Below, in pieces: positions 49,138 to 59,623 of a stretch of 64,000 bases of DNA. Positions within the stretch are counted from its first letter, which is position 1, and the number at the start of each line of letters is the position of its first letter. The notes under the pieces are model-generated. The model saw only the letters and a list, made by a program, of their open reading frames with translations, was not told where the DNA came from and searched no databases. Source of the DNA: Verrucomicrobiota bacterium (GTDB lineage: Bacteria; Verrucomicrobiota; Verrucomicrobiia; Opitutales; Seribacteraceae); the NCBI GenBank assembly GCA_027622665.1, contig JAQBYT010000003.1, positions 96,001 to 160,000 on the forward strand, in the 5' to 3' direction. The position numbers and the translations under genes were made by a program.

Positions 49138-52064
49138 TTTCCGGTGCTCTCCAGGTAGGCAAGGAGGTCAAGAACCTCCTGTTTGCTCAAGTTGTTCAGC
49201 AAGCCGGGAGGCATGATGGACAAATCAGAGCGCTTTCTCTCCAGCACTTCCGCCTTTGGTATTTTCTTCGTCTTGTCCGGCTGAAGCAGGTTCTCCGCTA
49301 GCAAGAGGTGGGGAGCTCGATAATCCAGAGTCGGTATGATTTGCCCGTTCAGAGTGCGGCCGCCGGTTAGTTCCAAGACGTCGCCCCGATAATTTTGGGC
49401 AATAGTTTCGGACGGCGAGACGATCGCTTGGAGCAAATCCTTTCGTCCCAGGCGGCTGGCCACACCCGAAAGGTCGGGACCAATGGGGAACCCCTCTCCT
49501 CGGAAACGATGGCAACGGCTGCACAAGGCCAAGCTGAACATATGCTTTCCTTTCTCCATCGAACGTGCCGTCGAGCGAGATTCGAGATCCTTGGAGAAAT
49601 CCGAGCTTTTCCAGTTTTGGACGAACTTTCGTCCAGTAAAGTCGGGCAGCGGAGGCATTTTTCTTTTGCTGCCGGCCAAGGCCTCGTAGGCTTTCCTTTC
49701 TCCCTCGGGCACATTGGCCAAGGCATCTTTCTTGATTCTGCCCAAGGTCCTCGGGAGACCGCGGCTGTCACCGACGTATCCCGTGGCTTCGCCTATCTTG
49801 CGAAAGTAGGCTTCGCGATCAGCTTTCGACCATCCTGCTTGGGCGTGCCGTAATTGATAGAGGTAATGCACCGTTTGAAGCGGGGCGTTGCAAGTTTGCA
49901 GCAAGGCAATGGTTTGGGTCACGGCTCGCTCCGGATCAAGCTGGATGAGAAGCGGGGCGAGGACCCAGTTGAGCTTGTCCGATTGGCTCGGGTAGAGAGA
50001 ACGCAGTTGGTCGAGAATGGCTTTTTGCGGTGGATTCTCCGCTTCGGGAAGGCAAATAGCATAGAGATTGGCCACTCGCAGGCAAAGATCCTCGTCTAGC
50101 CATTTCAAGTCCAGCTTGACCAGTCTAGACAGGATATCCGCTGATTGCTTGGAATCGGCATGGGCCAAGGCGGTCCAACTCGTCAGCAGAGTCAAGGGGT
50201 CCCCGTTTCCCGTCAAGGCGGCGTGCCGCCAGCGCTCCAAGGGTTGATGCTCGAGGGCGATGCGGGCAGCATAGCGAATGCGCGGGTCGGGACTGCCCAA
50301 ATGAACCCAAAGTGAGACCAACGTTCCGGCGGAACCATCACCGAGCAGGGTGTCCTCGATATCTTGGCTTGGCTTACCGTGGTGAAATTCCAGCTTACGG
50401 CGAAGGGATCTCGCTTTTGTAGACAGCTCGGACCGTGCCCTTTGTTGAGAGGTGGCGACTGGAGGTTTGTTCTTCGGGCCGACGTAACGAACCCGGTAAA
50501 GAGCGCTTTGCGTCCGGCGACCGCCGGTCACGAAACACATGGCCCCGTCCGGGCCGAAACCCAAGTCGGTGACGTTGAGGGGGCGGCCTCGCAAGAAGAC
50601 CTCGGCCACCCCAACGTAGCCCGCTCCGCGCTCGATCATATGGACGGCGAGAATGCGCCCGTAGGTCCAGTCCAGTACGTAGAGGGCTTCCTGGTGAGCC
50701 GAAGGGAAATTGCTTTGGTGCCCGAATTTCACGGAGGTGGGAGATCCCTTCCCGATGTGGACACTGGGTTGGGCGTTGTCGGGATGATCGGGATAGTATG
50801 GCGGCCAGCTTCCTGTGACTGCCCGCCAACCGAAATCGGCTCCGCTGGTCAGGTGCTTGACTTCGGTTGGACGGTACCAAGGCGTGCCCATGTCGTTTTC
50901 GGCATCGGCATCGTAGGTAAAGGCTTCGCCGTCCCGATTGAAGGCGATGCCGTATGGATTCCGCAGGCCACCGCAAAAGATTTCGATCCGCTTACCGTCC
51001 TTGTCCATTCGCAAGACGTGCCCCTCGTTCGGCCGGTAGGCCAAGCGGTTGCGGCGAAGGGGGGAGGTGCGGTTGGCAAGGTCGGCGGGAATACGGACGG
51101 AGTCGCCTTGTATGGCGTAGATCATTCCATCGGGACCCAAGGCCAGATCGTTGCGCCCGTGCCCCACCCCACCCTCCGACGCGTACAAGGATTTCACATC
51201 GTCGAACTTCCCGTTCCCGTTTGTGTCCCGCAGGCGATAAAGTGCCTTCGAGTTGTTGGCGTTGGCGTAGAGGGCGCCGTGAGCATAGAGCAAGCCGCGA
51301 CACTCCTTCAAAGTGTCCTCGATGATCTCCGCCCGGGTGATCTTCTTTCGGTCTTCCGAAAAACTGAACCGCAACAGGCCCTTGTCCTCTCGTCCGATGG
51401 TCACCCTGCCCTCTGGGTCGAATGCGAGGCTGACCCAGGAGCTCTCGTCCTTACCGGCCGAGCGCAACAGCTCGACCTCGTAGCCGGGCAAAGTGAAGAA
51501 GGTCGCGGGATCGGTGCCTTTCTCCGCGTAGGAAGCCTGCTTCCATTGGGTGTAGTCGTCGAGGGAGTCCAAGGTGAGAGTGGGCAGGTTCCACCAAGGT
51601 TCCGGAGAGAGGGAGCCGAAGGTATCCATGGTTCCAGTTTCTCCCTCGTTCCCAATGGTCGCCTGCCAGTTCTTGTCCGTGACCAAGGAACCTTTCTTGC
51701 CCTTGCCATCGGTCCAGTCCAACTGCAGGGCGACCGCGGGAGAGTCGTCCACCGAGACGGCCTTGAGCGAAAGCAGGTTCTCGCCTTTTTGCAGAAGCGA
51801 GGTTACTTTCTGGTCAATAAGGGACCCATTGGCGGGAACTTCGCCCACAAGTTGGTCGTTGAGGCGGATGGAGAGCGAGGCGAAGTCGGCGATGCCGCGA
51901 AGCCGAGCCGACGTGACGTGATCGGGTATCTCGACGCTTTGCCTAAATTCAACCCGTACCTTGGCCTGCCTGCCGTCCTTGACCCAAATCCACTCAGGGG
52001 CGGCTTGGGCGATGCTTGAGAAGCCTAAGTAAAGAAAGCAATAGAGCAGTCGAACAAAGTTCAT
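49134..52064 (-). CDS. PVC-type heme-binding CxxCH protein with N-terminal beta-sandwich domain
   Basis: APEWIW...; PGYEVELL...SWVSLAFDPEGR; GLRNPYG; CSRCH..IGPDLS; SIMPPGL. Confidence 0.85.
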   Translation of the reverse strand: MNFVRLLYCFLYLGFSSIAQAAPEWIWVKDGRQAKVRVEFRQSVEIPDHVTSARLRGIADFASLSIRLNDQLVGEVPANGSLIDQKVTSLLQKGENLLSLKAVSVDDSPAVALQLDWTDGKGKKGSLVTDKNWQATIGNEGETGTMDTFGSLSPEPWWNLPTLTLDSLDDYTQWKQASYAEKGTDPATFFTLPGYEVELLRSAGKDESSWVSLAFDPEGRVTIGREDKGLLRFSFSEDRKKITRAEIIEDTLKECRGLLYAHGALYANANNSKALYRLRDTNGNGKFDDVKSLYASEGGVGHGRNDLALGPDGMIYAIQGDSVRIPADLANRTSPLRRNRLAYRPNEGHVLRMDKDGKRIEIFCGGLRNPYGIAFNRDGEAFTYDADAENDMGTPWYRPTEVKHLTSGADFGWRAVTGSWPPYYPDHPDNAQPSVHIGKGSPTSVKFGHQSNFPSAHQEALYVLDWTYGRILAVHMIERGAGYVGVAEVFLRGRPLNVTDLGFGPDGAMCFVTGGRRTQSALYRVRYVGPKNKPPVATSQQRARSELSTKARSLRRKLEFHHGKPSQDIEDTLLGDGSAGTLVSLWVHLGSPDPRIRYAARIALEHQPLERWRHAALTGNGDPLTLLTSWTALAHADSKQSADILSRLVKLDLKWLDEDLCLRVANLYAICLPEAENPPQKAILDQLRSLYPSQSDKLNWVLAPLLIQLDPERAVTQTIALLQTCNAPLQTVHYLYQLRHAQAGWSKADREAYFRKIGEATGYVGDSRGLPRTLGRIKKDALANVPEGERKAYEALAGSKRKMPPLPDFTGRKFVQNWKSSDFSKDLESRSTARSMEKGKHMFSLALCSRCHRFRGEGFPIGPDLSGVASRLGRKDLLQAIVSPSETIAQNYRGDVLELTGGRTLNGQIIPTLDYRAPHLLLAENLLQPDKTKKIPKAEVLERKRSDLSIMPPGLLNNLSKQEVLDLLAYLESTGN

Positions 52065-52073
52065 GGCGTTGCT

Positions 52074-53825
52074 CTAACCATCCACTCTGGTGAGCATGAG
52101 TAGGCGGAACTCGAGGGCCTGCGACCCCGGGATGTTCAAGGCCTGCAGGGTGAGCGTGCCCTTCCCTTTCTTGAGTTCGATTACGCCTAGATTCATGGGC
52201 TTGAAGGCCTTGACGTAGGACTCGGTGCGGGGCGAGCGATCGTTCTCCATCCCCCGCAGCGGTGGATCATTGGGCTTGCTCACCTTGGCCTGTACCTTGG
52301 CTTCGTTGAAGGACAGCTGGACAACGGAGCCAATGTCTTTCTTCGGGCAGGCGTACCACATTTGGGCAAGATATTTGCCGGAGACGCCCACCTTGGCTTC
52401 CCAAGTCAGCTTGTCCTCGATTTTGGTCCAGTTGGAAAAAAAAGAACAATTAGGGAACTTGTTGGAGCGCTGAAGGCCGCCGTGGGCGGTGGCGTCTCGG
52501 GCAGGAATCTGGGTCATCTTGGCCCCGGGATGAGCGATCACGAAGGGACGATTGTCGGTCCCCAGTTCCGAGGCCACCTCGGCGTCGAACTTCTTCACCG
52601 CGGCCAACAGCTGGGCATTCACATCGGGGTGTTTCTTGCCCACTTCCACGCGTTGACCGGGATCCGCGGGGATGTCGTAGAGCTTGCCCTTGTTGTCCAG
52701 GCGGAAGCGTTGGTTGCGGGCACTTGTCCGGCCTTTCCAGTGGGAAATCAGGATGCGTTCGGGCCAACCCTCCTCTTTTCCGATTAGGAGCGGCTTCAGG
52801 CTGGTTCCATCGAGCTTCTTGGCCGTCTTGGCGGGTATGCCACAGAGATCGGTCAAGGTGGGCAGCAGGTCTATCACGGCGGCGATTTGAGGAAGCTCGG
52901 TCCCTGGCTTGATGCCGTTCGGCCAGCGGACGAGCAAGGGGGACCGCACGCCGCCTTCATCGGTGGATCCCTTTCGGCCCCGCATGTCGCCGTTCCAGCG
53001 AACGCCGTTGGGCCCGTTGTCGTGAAAGAACAGGACGATGGTATCGTCGGTCACCTTCAATTCGTCAAGCTTGGCCAGCAGTCGACCGACGTTCCAGTCG
53101 ATATTCTCGCACATGGCGAGGGAGCACAACTGATGAAGCCGCTTCTCCTTGTGTGGGTCGCGATTATGCAGCTTCAGTTCCTTCTTCTTGAACTTGTCCC
53201 AGAAGCGGTCGGGCACCTGCATCGGCGAATGCGGCGTATTGTATGGCAGGTAGGCGAAGAAAGGCTTTTTTGCCTGCACGCTTTTCTCCATGAAGGTCAT
53301 GGCGTGGTCGGTGAAGTCGTCGATACAAAAGCCCTTTCCTTTGACCAGCTTGCCGTTTCGCTCGAGCTGCGGGCTGAAGTAGTTTCCCCAGTGGCCGGAG
53401 CAAAAGCCGTAGTACTCCTGGAAGCCACGCCCGTTCGGGTGGTAAGGGAACTGCATGCCGTTGTGCCACTTGCCGAAGGCGCCGGTACGGTAGCCCGCAG
53501 ATTTAAACAGATCGGCGATGGTGGTTTCGTCGAGGTCGAGCCGCTCGCCGCCAGCGGATGTGCTGTATACACCGCTCCTCGGGTGATAGCGCCCAGTGAG
53601 GAATTCGGCCCTAGTTGGCGAGCAGACGGGGCAAACGTAAAAGCGATCGAAGGAAGCCCCGTCTCTAGCTAGAGAGTCGACGTTGGGAGTGGAGAGGTCG
53701 ACGTTGCCGTTCAAGCTGAGGTCGCCCCAGCCTTGGTCGTCGGTCAAGAAGACCACCACATTGGGCTTGGCGGAAAGGAATAAGCTACAAAAAAGAAGGT
53801 AAAGAAGGGAGAAGGTTTTTCGCAT
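52074..53825 (-). CDS. Arylsulfatase (S1, Cys-type) with C-terminal extension
   Basis: [39 protein letters not shown]. Start at ATG 53825. Confidence 0.93.
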   Translation of the reverse strand: MRKTFSLLYLLFCSLFLSAKPNVVVFLTDDQGWGDLSLNGNVDLSTPNVDSLARDGASFDRFYVCPVCSPTRAEFLTGRYHPRSGVYSTSAGGERLDLDETTIADLFKSAGYRTGAFGKWHNGMQFPYHPNGRGFQEYYGFCSGHWGNYFSPQLERNGKLVKGKGFCIDDFTDHAMTFMEKSVQAKKPFFAYLPYNTPHSPMQVPDRFWDKFKKKELKLHNRDPHKEKRLHQLCSLAMCENIDWNVGRLLAKLDELKVTDDTIVLFFHDNGPNGVRWNGDMRGRKGSTDEGGVRSPLLVRWPNGIKPGTELPQIAAVIDLLPTLTDLCGIPAKTAKKLDGTSLKPLLIGKEEGWPERILISHWKGRTSARNQRFRLDNKGKLYDIPADPGQRVEVGKKHPDVNAQLLAAVKKFDAEVASELGTDNRPFVIAHPGAKMTQIPARDATAHGGLQRSNKFPNCSFFSNWTKIEDKLTWEAKVGVSGKYLAQMWYACPKKDIGSVVQLSFNEAKVQAKVSKPNDPPLRGMENDRSPRTESYVKAFKPMNLGVIELKKGKGTLTLQALNIPGSQALEFRLLMLTRVDG

Positions 53826-53883
53826 ATTGTAGATGCTGGAGGCTAATTCATCGAGGGCAAGAACAAGTGCGCGGAAAAACTGT

Positions 53884-54966
53884 CTACCCTTCTTTTTTCC
53901 CCTCGGGTTTGGCAAACAGACTGAATATTCGCAGAACGGAGGTGTTGGACAGGTAGTTCTCAGGCGTTTTCCCCCTTCCTCCGTTCCCGCTGCTGCCACC
54001 CGGAACGTAAGTGGGCACGAGAAGTTGGCGCTTGTCCGGGTGTAGACTAAGGTCGTAACCGGAACCGTTCTTTATGGAATGCATTGGCTCGGGTTGATCA
54101 ATCTTCCAGAAAGTCAGTTCCGAAGCCGTGTGTAAGATCTCAGTATGTCCGACCAAGGTATTGTCCTCAAGGAATCGCAAGGCATTGAACGGACCGTCGC
54201 TCTTTCCTTTGATTTTTAGCTCGTTCTTCACTTTACCAGTGGCCCAGTCGAAGATCAAGACGGTCGGCTTGCCCGGGCAAAAGGCATTACTTTTGGCTTC
54301 TTTCATGCCCCCGACGGCGAGCAGTTTGCCATCTCCGCTGAAAGCTAAGGAACGGACGCCGCCTACGTCGGCGATGAAGTTTTCCTTTCGAGTATGCAGT
54401 AATTTGGCGTCCAGTTCGCGGATCTGCTTCCAGTCGCCGATGCTCCATTGGCGAACGGAACCATAGAGGTCTCCACTGACGAGGTGTTTACCGTCCGGCG
54501 AAACAGCTAGGCTGAAGATACATTCCTGATGACCTTCGAGCTTCGTCGCCAGCTTGCCGTTGCGGGTCTGCCATACTTTGATCACGGCATCGTCGCCCGC
54601 GCTGATCAAGTACTTACCGTCCGCGGTCACGACGAGGGCTCGCACGTTGTCGCCATCAGCTTCATCAATGGTCCAAACCGGTTTGTCGCTTTTCTCGTAG
54701 TTCCAGCACCTAATCACACCTTGGTAGTCAGCCGAAAAAAGCTTCTTTTCCTTGGGATGAAAGACCAACGAAGAAACCCAAGTCTTGTGACCGTCGAGGG
54801 ATTTCTTCTCGTTCTTCTCCAGTTCCCAGACATGGACCAGCTTATCTTGTCCACCAGCGGCCACCCAATGTCCATCGGGGCTGAACTGAGCCCGAAACAA
54901 CTGGCGACCATGCTCCAGTTCGAGGGACGGCCAGGCCTTGGTAACGTCAAGGGGAGGAACGCTCAC
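53884..54966 (-). CDS. WD40-repeat protein
   Basis: GH-X-WD-type repeats ([36 protein letters not shown]). Confidence 0.9.
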   Translation of the reverse strand: MSVPPLDVTKAWPSLELEHGRQLFRAQFSPDGHWVAAGGQDKLVHVWELEKNEKKSLDGHKTWVSSLVFHPKEKKLFSADYQGVIRCWNYEKSDKPVWTIDEADGDNVRALVVTADGKYLISAGDDAVIKVWQTRNGKLATKLEGHQECIFSLAVSPDGKHLVSGDLYGSVRQWSIGDWKQIRELDAKLLHTRKENFIADVGGVRSLAFSGDGKLLAVGGMKEAKSNAFCPGKPTVLIFDWATGKVKNELKIKGKSDGPFNALRFLEDNTLVGHTEILHTASELTFWKIDQPEPMHSIKNGSGYDLSLHPDKRQLLVPTYVPGGSSGNGGRGKTPENYLSNTSVLRIFSLFAKPEGKKEG

Positions 54967-56249
54967 AACATAACCTCCTTGATTGGTTCGCAGTCATCGT
55001 TGGCAATGGAGAGCTTCTGGCCCTTGTGACGATACTTTTGGCGATGCGACTGGATACCGAGCACGCTGAATATGGTATGGAAGAGATGTCCCACGTCGTA
55101 GCCTTCGCCATTTACGAAGGCACCGTCCTTGGTGGTATCGCCGATGATGGCCCCACGTTTTATTCCGCATCCCGCCAAGGCGATGCTCCAACAGTCGGGC
55201 CAATGGTCTCGACCAAGGCGTGAATTGATAAGTGGCGTGCGCCCGAACTCGCTCATCATGACGACCAAGGTATTATCCAGCATGCCTCGATCGTCGAGAT
55301 CGTTGATCAGGGCAGCGAATGGTTGGTCCGCCTGAGGAACGAGCCGTTGGGACATGTTGAAATTGTCGCCATGGGTATCCCAATGGTAACTGTTCACCTT
55401 GACGAAGCGAACGCCAGCCTCAAGCAACTGGCGGGCTTGCAATACGTGTCTTCCCAAGGGATGCAGCCCATACCGTTCGCGGTCCTTGGGATCGAGCTTT
55501 TCGTCGTCGAAGATCTCCTTCCGGGCCATCAACTTCCGAGCCATGTCGTAGCTCGTCTCGTAGGCGTCGACATCGGAGGTGTTGCGATAAGCCCGGAAAC
55601 GCTCGTTAGCCTTTTGACGCAGGGCATTTCGGGCAGCGTCGAGTTCGGCGGTCACGCCGTCCGGTCGATGGATGTGAACAGGGGGTCGACCATCTCCCAA
55701 AGCCAAGGCCCCATACCGGGCGTCAAGAAAACCGGCCTCCCGATGAATGAATCCTCCGTTGCCCGGCTTGATCCATACGTAGGGAGGCAGTTCCGGCTCG
55801 GCGGGACCGAGCAATTTGGCCACAGCCGAACCGAGATAGGGGTAGTCCACGCCACGATCCAAGGGATCTCCTCTTTGCATACGTGGCACGCCTGTGGAAT
55901 GATTCGGATCCTTGGTCGCCATGGTTCGAATGACAGATATCTTGTGGGCGATCTTCGCGGTGTTGGGCAACAGTTCGCTGAAATGAATGCCGGGGATGCT
56001 GGTCTTTATGCTGCGAAACGGGCCCGCGAACTTGCTCTCCGGCAAAGGGTGCCAGCTTTCATACTGACTTATGCCGCCATCCAACCAGATGAGGCAGACT
56101 TGCTTTTGCTTTTCCTCGATCTGCTTAGCGATGGAGGGATGGAGCAAACTGCCGAAACCAACTAGCCCGCCCAAGTTACCAAGCATCCGTCGCCTAGTGA
56201 TGCCATGTACGGCTTGGCCGCATGCAGAGCTATGTATTGTTGCAGGCAT
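54963..56249 (-). CDS. DUF1501 family protein (Tat-like signal)
   Basis: ITRRRML, IWLDGGISQYESW, ARQLLEAGVRFV, WDTH, SEFGRTP, GRDHW. Confidence 0.9.
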   Translation of the reverse strand: MPATIHSSACGQAVHGITRRRMLGNLGGLVGFGSLLHPSIAKQIEEKQKQVCLIWLDGGISQYESWHPLPESKFAGPFRSIKTSIPGIHFSELLPNTAKIAHKISVIRTMATKDPNHSTGVPRMQRGDPLDRGVDYPYLGSAVAKLLGPAEPELPPYVWIKPGNGGFIHREAGFLDARYGALALGDGRPPVHIHRPDGVTAELDAARNALRQKANERFRAYRNTSDVDAYETSYDMARKLMARKEIFDDEKLDPKDRERYGLHPLGRHVLQARQLLEAGVRFVKVNSYHWDTHGDNFNMSQRLVPQADQPFAALINDLDDRGMLDNTLVVMMSEFGRTPLINSRLGRDHWPDCWSIALAGCGIKRGAIIGDTTKDGAFVNGEGYDVGHLFHTIFSVLGIQSHRQKYRHKGQKLSIANDDCEPIKEVML

Positions 56250-57913
56250 CAATGATTGAACATGAATTCGGCGGAGTTCAACAAGGCCCAAGCCAAGTCG
56301 CCCAAGGCCGCGGTTCGTCTTGGTTCGTTCCGGGCAAGATAATCGGCGATCCAGATTGCCTCCTCCTTTTCCGGAAGGCGCGAAAGCACGGCAAGATACA
56401 TTTCCTTGGCCATGGCATCGGGAGCATCCATTTTGCTCAACCGATCGATCAGGTTTCCAGCCCGAGGTTTCAGCCAATGCTCGATCAAGCGGTCGTTCAT
56501 GAGGAAAAGCGACTTGTTGACTCCCGGACTGAAATCAACCTCCGCCTCGCCCGGTGGTCGGCCAAAGGTTTGAATGAAAATTGCCTCCATCTCTGCCAAG
56601 GATGGCGGGAGTTCGACGTTGCTACCGGTGAAATATCCCTTGCGGTCGAATTTCTCGGCTTCCGGGTCGACCTTGAGGGCTTTGGCATGCTTTGTATTCC
56701 CAGTGGCCCGCAAGACGGCTCGCAGTAATTGCTCGGGGGTTAAGCCCTTGGGCGACGTCACCCGATAACTGGCCGGCTCGACCTTGGTCACGCCTTCCGG
56801 CAGTCTACTGCTTCGTTGGTAGGTCTCGCTTAGCATAATTTCGCGAAGCAACCATTTAAGGTCGAAGCCATGAGACACGAATTCACCGGCAAGCAGTTCC
56901 AACAATTTTGGGTGCGAAGGCGAATTTTTCCCGTGCATTTGGTCGAGAGGATGGGAGAGACCACGGCCCATTAGCAGAAACCAGATACGGTTAACGCTGT
57001 TGCGTGAGAAAAGTTCGTTCTCCTTGGCGGTCAAATCTTTCGCAAGACGTTCGCGAGGTCGGAACTTTGGAACAGCAGGCAAACCATCCTCGGCCGGTTT
57101 CTCGTACTCCTCCCCCTTCTCAAACTGAGGAATCTCCACTTCCGCTCCATTCGGCAATCGTGGCCCTGTGCTCATTTTCTCCAGATCGAAGACGGACTCG
57201 AATTCCACCTTCTTTCCCGCAAGTCCTTCCACGAGGTAGACCTTCTCCTCTTTTTTATGGGTAGCTTGCTTGGTTTGGTTGAGATAGGCGAACAATCCCC
57301 AATAATGAGCTTGCTTCCATTCGTTTACCGACGGGTGGTCGTGACACTTGGCGCAGGTCAGGTCCATGCCGAGGAGAAGCCGAGCGATGTTCTCCGTCAT
57401 GGCATGGTGATCGACCGTGCCTAGAAACTTCATTGCCGGGCGGTCCACACCCTGCCCATTGGCTTCGATCATCTGACGAATCATAACGTCCCATAGAGGT
57501 TTTTTGCGAAGAGTTTGCTTCAGGAATTTGACCCATTCCCCTTTCGGGACTTTGCCTTGGTCCAAGCGTTCCAGAAGCATCACCGAAAATCGTTCCGTCC
57601 AATGGGCGGCAAACTGGTCGCCGGCGATCAAGCGGTCTATCAACTCTTTACGCTTTCCTTTCGACTTGTCCGCCAGAAACTCGGACACTTCGCCAGCAGT
57701 GGGGATATTGCCCGACAGGTCGAGCGTGACACGCCGCAGGAAGCCGGCGTCATCCGCGGTTTCGGCAAAAGGGACGTCACCGGCTTTGGCCCAAACAAGA
57801 TCATCGATTCGATTATGCAACCCCTGTTCGCCGGACAGAGGGAATCCCAAAACCAAAGACATGGCGAACCAAGGCATATTTCCCAAAAGGATATCGAAGA
57901 GATTTTTCAACAT
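56249..57913 (-). CDS. DUF1549/DUF1553 (PSD1) domain protein
   Basis: FLRRVTLDLSGNIPT, CAKCHDHP, VNRIWFLLMGRG, PSHPKLL, LLNSAEFMFNH. Confidence 0.9.
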   Translation of the reverse strand: MLKNLFDILLGNMPWFAMSLVLGFPLSGEQGLHNRIDDLVWAKAGDVPFAETADDAGFLRRVTLDLSGNIPTAGEVSEFLADKSKGKRKELIDRLIAGDQFAAHWTERFSVMLLERLDQGKVPKGEWVKFLKQTLRKKPLWDVMIRQMIEANGQGVDRPAMKFLGTVDHHAMTENIARLLLGMDLTCAKCHDHPSVNEWKQAHYWGLFAYLNQTKQATHKKEEKVYLVEGLAGKKVEFESVFDLEKMSTGPRLPNGAEVEIPQFEKGEEYEKPAEDGLPAVPKFRPRERLAKDLTAKENELFSRNSVNRIWFLLMGRGLSHPLDQMHGKNSPSHPKLLELLAGEFVSHGFDLKWLLREIMLSETYQRSSRLPEGVTKVEPASYRVTSPKGLTPEQLLRAVLRATGNTKHAKALKVDPEAEKFDRKGYFTGSNVELPPSLAEMEAIFIQTFGRPPGEAEVDFSPGVNKSLFLMNDRLIEHWLKPRAGNLIDRLSKMDAPDAMAKEMYLAVLSRLPEKEEAIWIADYLARNEPRRTAALGDLAWALLNSAEFMFNH

Positions 57914-58045
57914 AAGCGCTACCTTAGTATTAATTGCCTACAACTCGACGGCAGCTCAAGACACAAGGAGCTTTTAACAAATAATTTTCTTGTCAAGAGT
58001 GACCTAAGCCTTGCTAAACAAAGCTCTCTTCCTAGGCTTATCGGC

Positions 58046-59068
58046 ATGCACACTAAACCAATCCTAATCCTTACTCTTTTAGTTACCTCCTGCATAAGTG
58101 GCTTTGCCGCCGCCCCTCTCGTCTACGAAGGCGCACAAGGTCTCGGCAAAGGTAAACACCTCGTATTCATAGCGAGCGACCACGAATACCGCTCCGAAGA
58201 GACTTTGCCTGCCCTTGCCCGTATCTTGGCCAAGCACCATGGCTTCAAGTGCTCCGTTGTCTTCGGGGTCAACGCCAAAGGCGAAATACAGCCAGGGGCC
58301 AATAACGTGCCTGGCATCGAGGAGTTGGCGAAGGCGGATATCATGGTGGTTTTCACTCGCTTCCAGAACTGGCCGGAAGACCAGATGAAGCACTTCGTGG
58401 ACTATTTGGATCGGGCCGGACCCATCGTCGGGCTCCGCACCGCCACCCACGGATTCAACAAGATCCCCAAGGACAGCCCGTATGCAAAATACAACAACGG
58501 CTTCGGCGGGGACGAATACAAGGACGGCTTCGGTCGCCAGGTACTGGGCGAAAAATGGGCTGGCCACTATGGCGGCAACCACCGTTCGAGTACGCGACTC
58601 GACATCGTACCCGAACAGGCCAAGCATCCGATTCTGCGGGGCGTGAAGAACATGTGGGCACAGTGCGGCGGCTACAACACCAACCCCTTGAAGCCTTACA
58701 CTACCTTGGCCATGGCCCAGCCCCTCAAGGGAATGTCCCCGGATTCGCCCGACGACGAGACCCGCAAACCCGTTCCCGGAGCCTGGACGCGCCACTATCT
58801 GGGTAAGGACGGCAAGACAAAGGGCCGCGTATTCACCAGCACCTACGGGGCATCCAACGACATCGAAAGCGATGGTTACCGGCGCCTCCTGATCAATGCC
58901 TGCATCTGGGCCGCTGGACTGGAGGATGCGATCAAACCCGACCTCAAGGTCGATTTCGTGGGTCCCTTCAACGGTACTTGGGCACGAGGCAAAGGTCGAC
59001 GCAAAGGAGGCACCAAGCCGAGCGATATGGCTGGCTGGAACACTCCCATCGTGCCGTTGCAGGAGTAG
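58046..59068 (+). CDS. ThuA-like (trehalose utilisation / glutamine amidotransferase-like) domain protein
   Basis: Signal peptide; HLVFIASDHEYRSEE, VGLRTATHGF, HPILRGV, RVFTSTYG, RRLLINACIWA. Confidence 0.8.
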   Translation: MHTKPILILTLLVTSCISGFAAAPLVYEGAQGLGKGKHLVFIASDHEYRSEETLPALARILAKHHGFKCSVVFGVNAKGEIQPGANNVPGIEELAKADIMVVFTRFQNWPEDQMKHFVDYLDRAGPIVGLRTATHGFNKIPKDSPYAKYNNGFGGDEYKDGFGRQVLGEKWAGHYGGNHRSSTRLDIVPEQAKHPILRGVKNMWAQCGGYNTNPLKPYTTLAMAQPLKGMSPDSPDDETRKPVPGAWTRHYLGKDGKTKGRVFTSTYGASNDIESDGYRRLLINACIWAAGLEDAIKPDLKVDFVGPFNGTWARGKGRRKGGTKPSDMAGWNTPIVPLQE

Positions 59069-59092
59069 AAGAATAGTTTTGGACGCCGCCTA

Positions 59093-59623
59093 ATGAACGT
59101 CGGGTCCACAGTAGCTCAATCGATCCTGTTGACCATCCTTTGGCTGGGCTTCGCCTACGTCTCCAGCGAATTCAATGACGGCGAGCCACCCAAGGCAATC
59201 GAGGTTTTGGCTGAATCCGTGGAAATCGAGACCGCCCTAGAGAACAAGGAGCTTCCGGAATCAGTGGTCCAACGGCTGATCGATAAACAAAGCGGCCCCT
59301 TCATGACGAAGGAGGAACTGCGAAAGGCAACCGAGGAGTACGAGAGAAACCGCTGGCTGCTGGCCGGACTAAGCGTTTTGTTGGGCATCGGGACCTTTGT
59401 CGTGGGCATGAAACTTGTAGGGCACTGGGGCTATGCCGTAGCCGCCTTGGCCTTGGGACCGGTGTTGGTGGCCTATTACTTTCTTTATAAAGCCAACTTA
59501 CCCTCGACTCCAACGCCCAGCCTGCCCCTTTCGAAGGGACTCGTTTCCCCTAGTTCAGGCCCAGCACGATGGTCTCCGAGTAGCGGAGTTCGCCGGTTAT
59601 GGCATCGTGAAACTGGAAGATGA
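59093..59623 (+). CDS. Hypothetical membrane protein
   Basis: Three hydrophobic segments; fills the gap between thuA-like and phoD; its 3' end overlaps phoD convergently. Confidence 0.55.
   Translation: MNVGSTVAQSILLTILWLGFAYVSSEFNDGEPPKAIEVLAESVEIETALENKELPESVVQRLIDKQSGPFMTKEELRKATEEYERNRWLLAGLSVLLGIGTFVVGMKLVGHWGYAVAALALGPVLVAYYFLYKANLPSTPTPSLPLSKGLVSPSSGPARWSPSSGVRRLWHRETGR

Noticed and set aside
50364..52019. 551-aa + strand ORF
   Set aside because: It is an antisense shadow of the high-GC CxxCH gene with no recognisable motifs. The same applies to 61962-62840, 59607-60395, 55323-56165 and similar ORFs.
57515..58045. Long N-terminal extension of the ThuA-like ORF, and similar extensions of rho, DUF1501 and the sulfatases
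   Set aside because: The extensions overlap neighbouring genes or promoters, and downstream ATGs give proper signal peptides or family N-termini.
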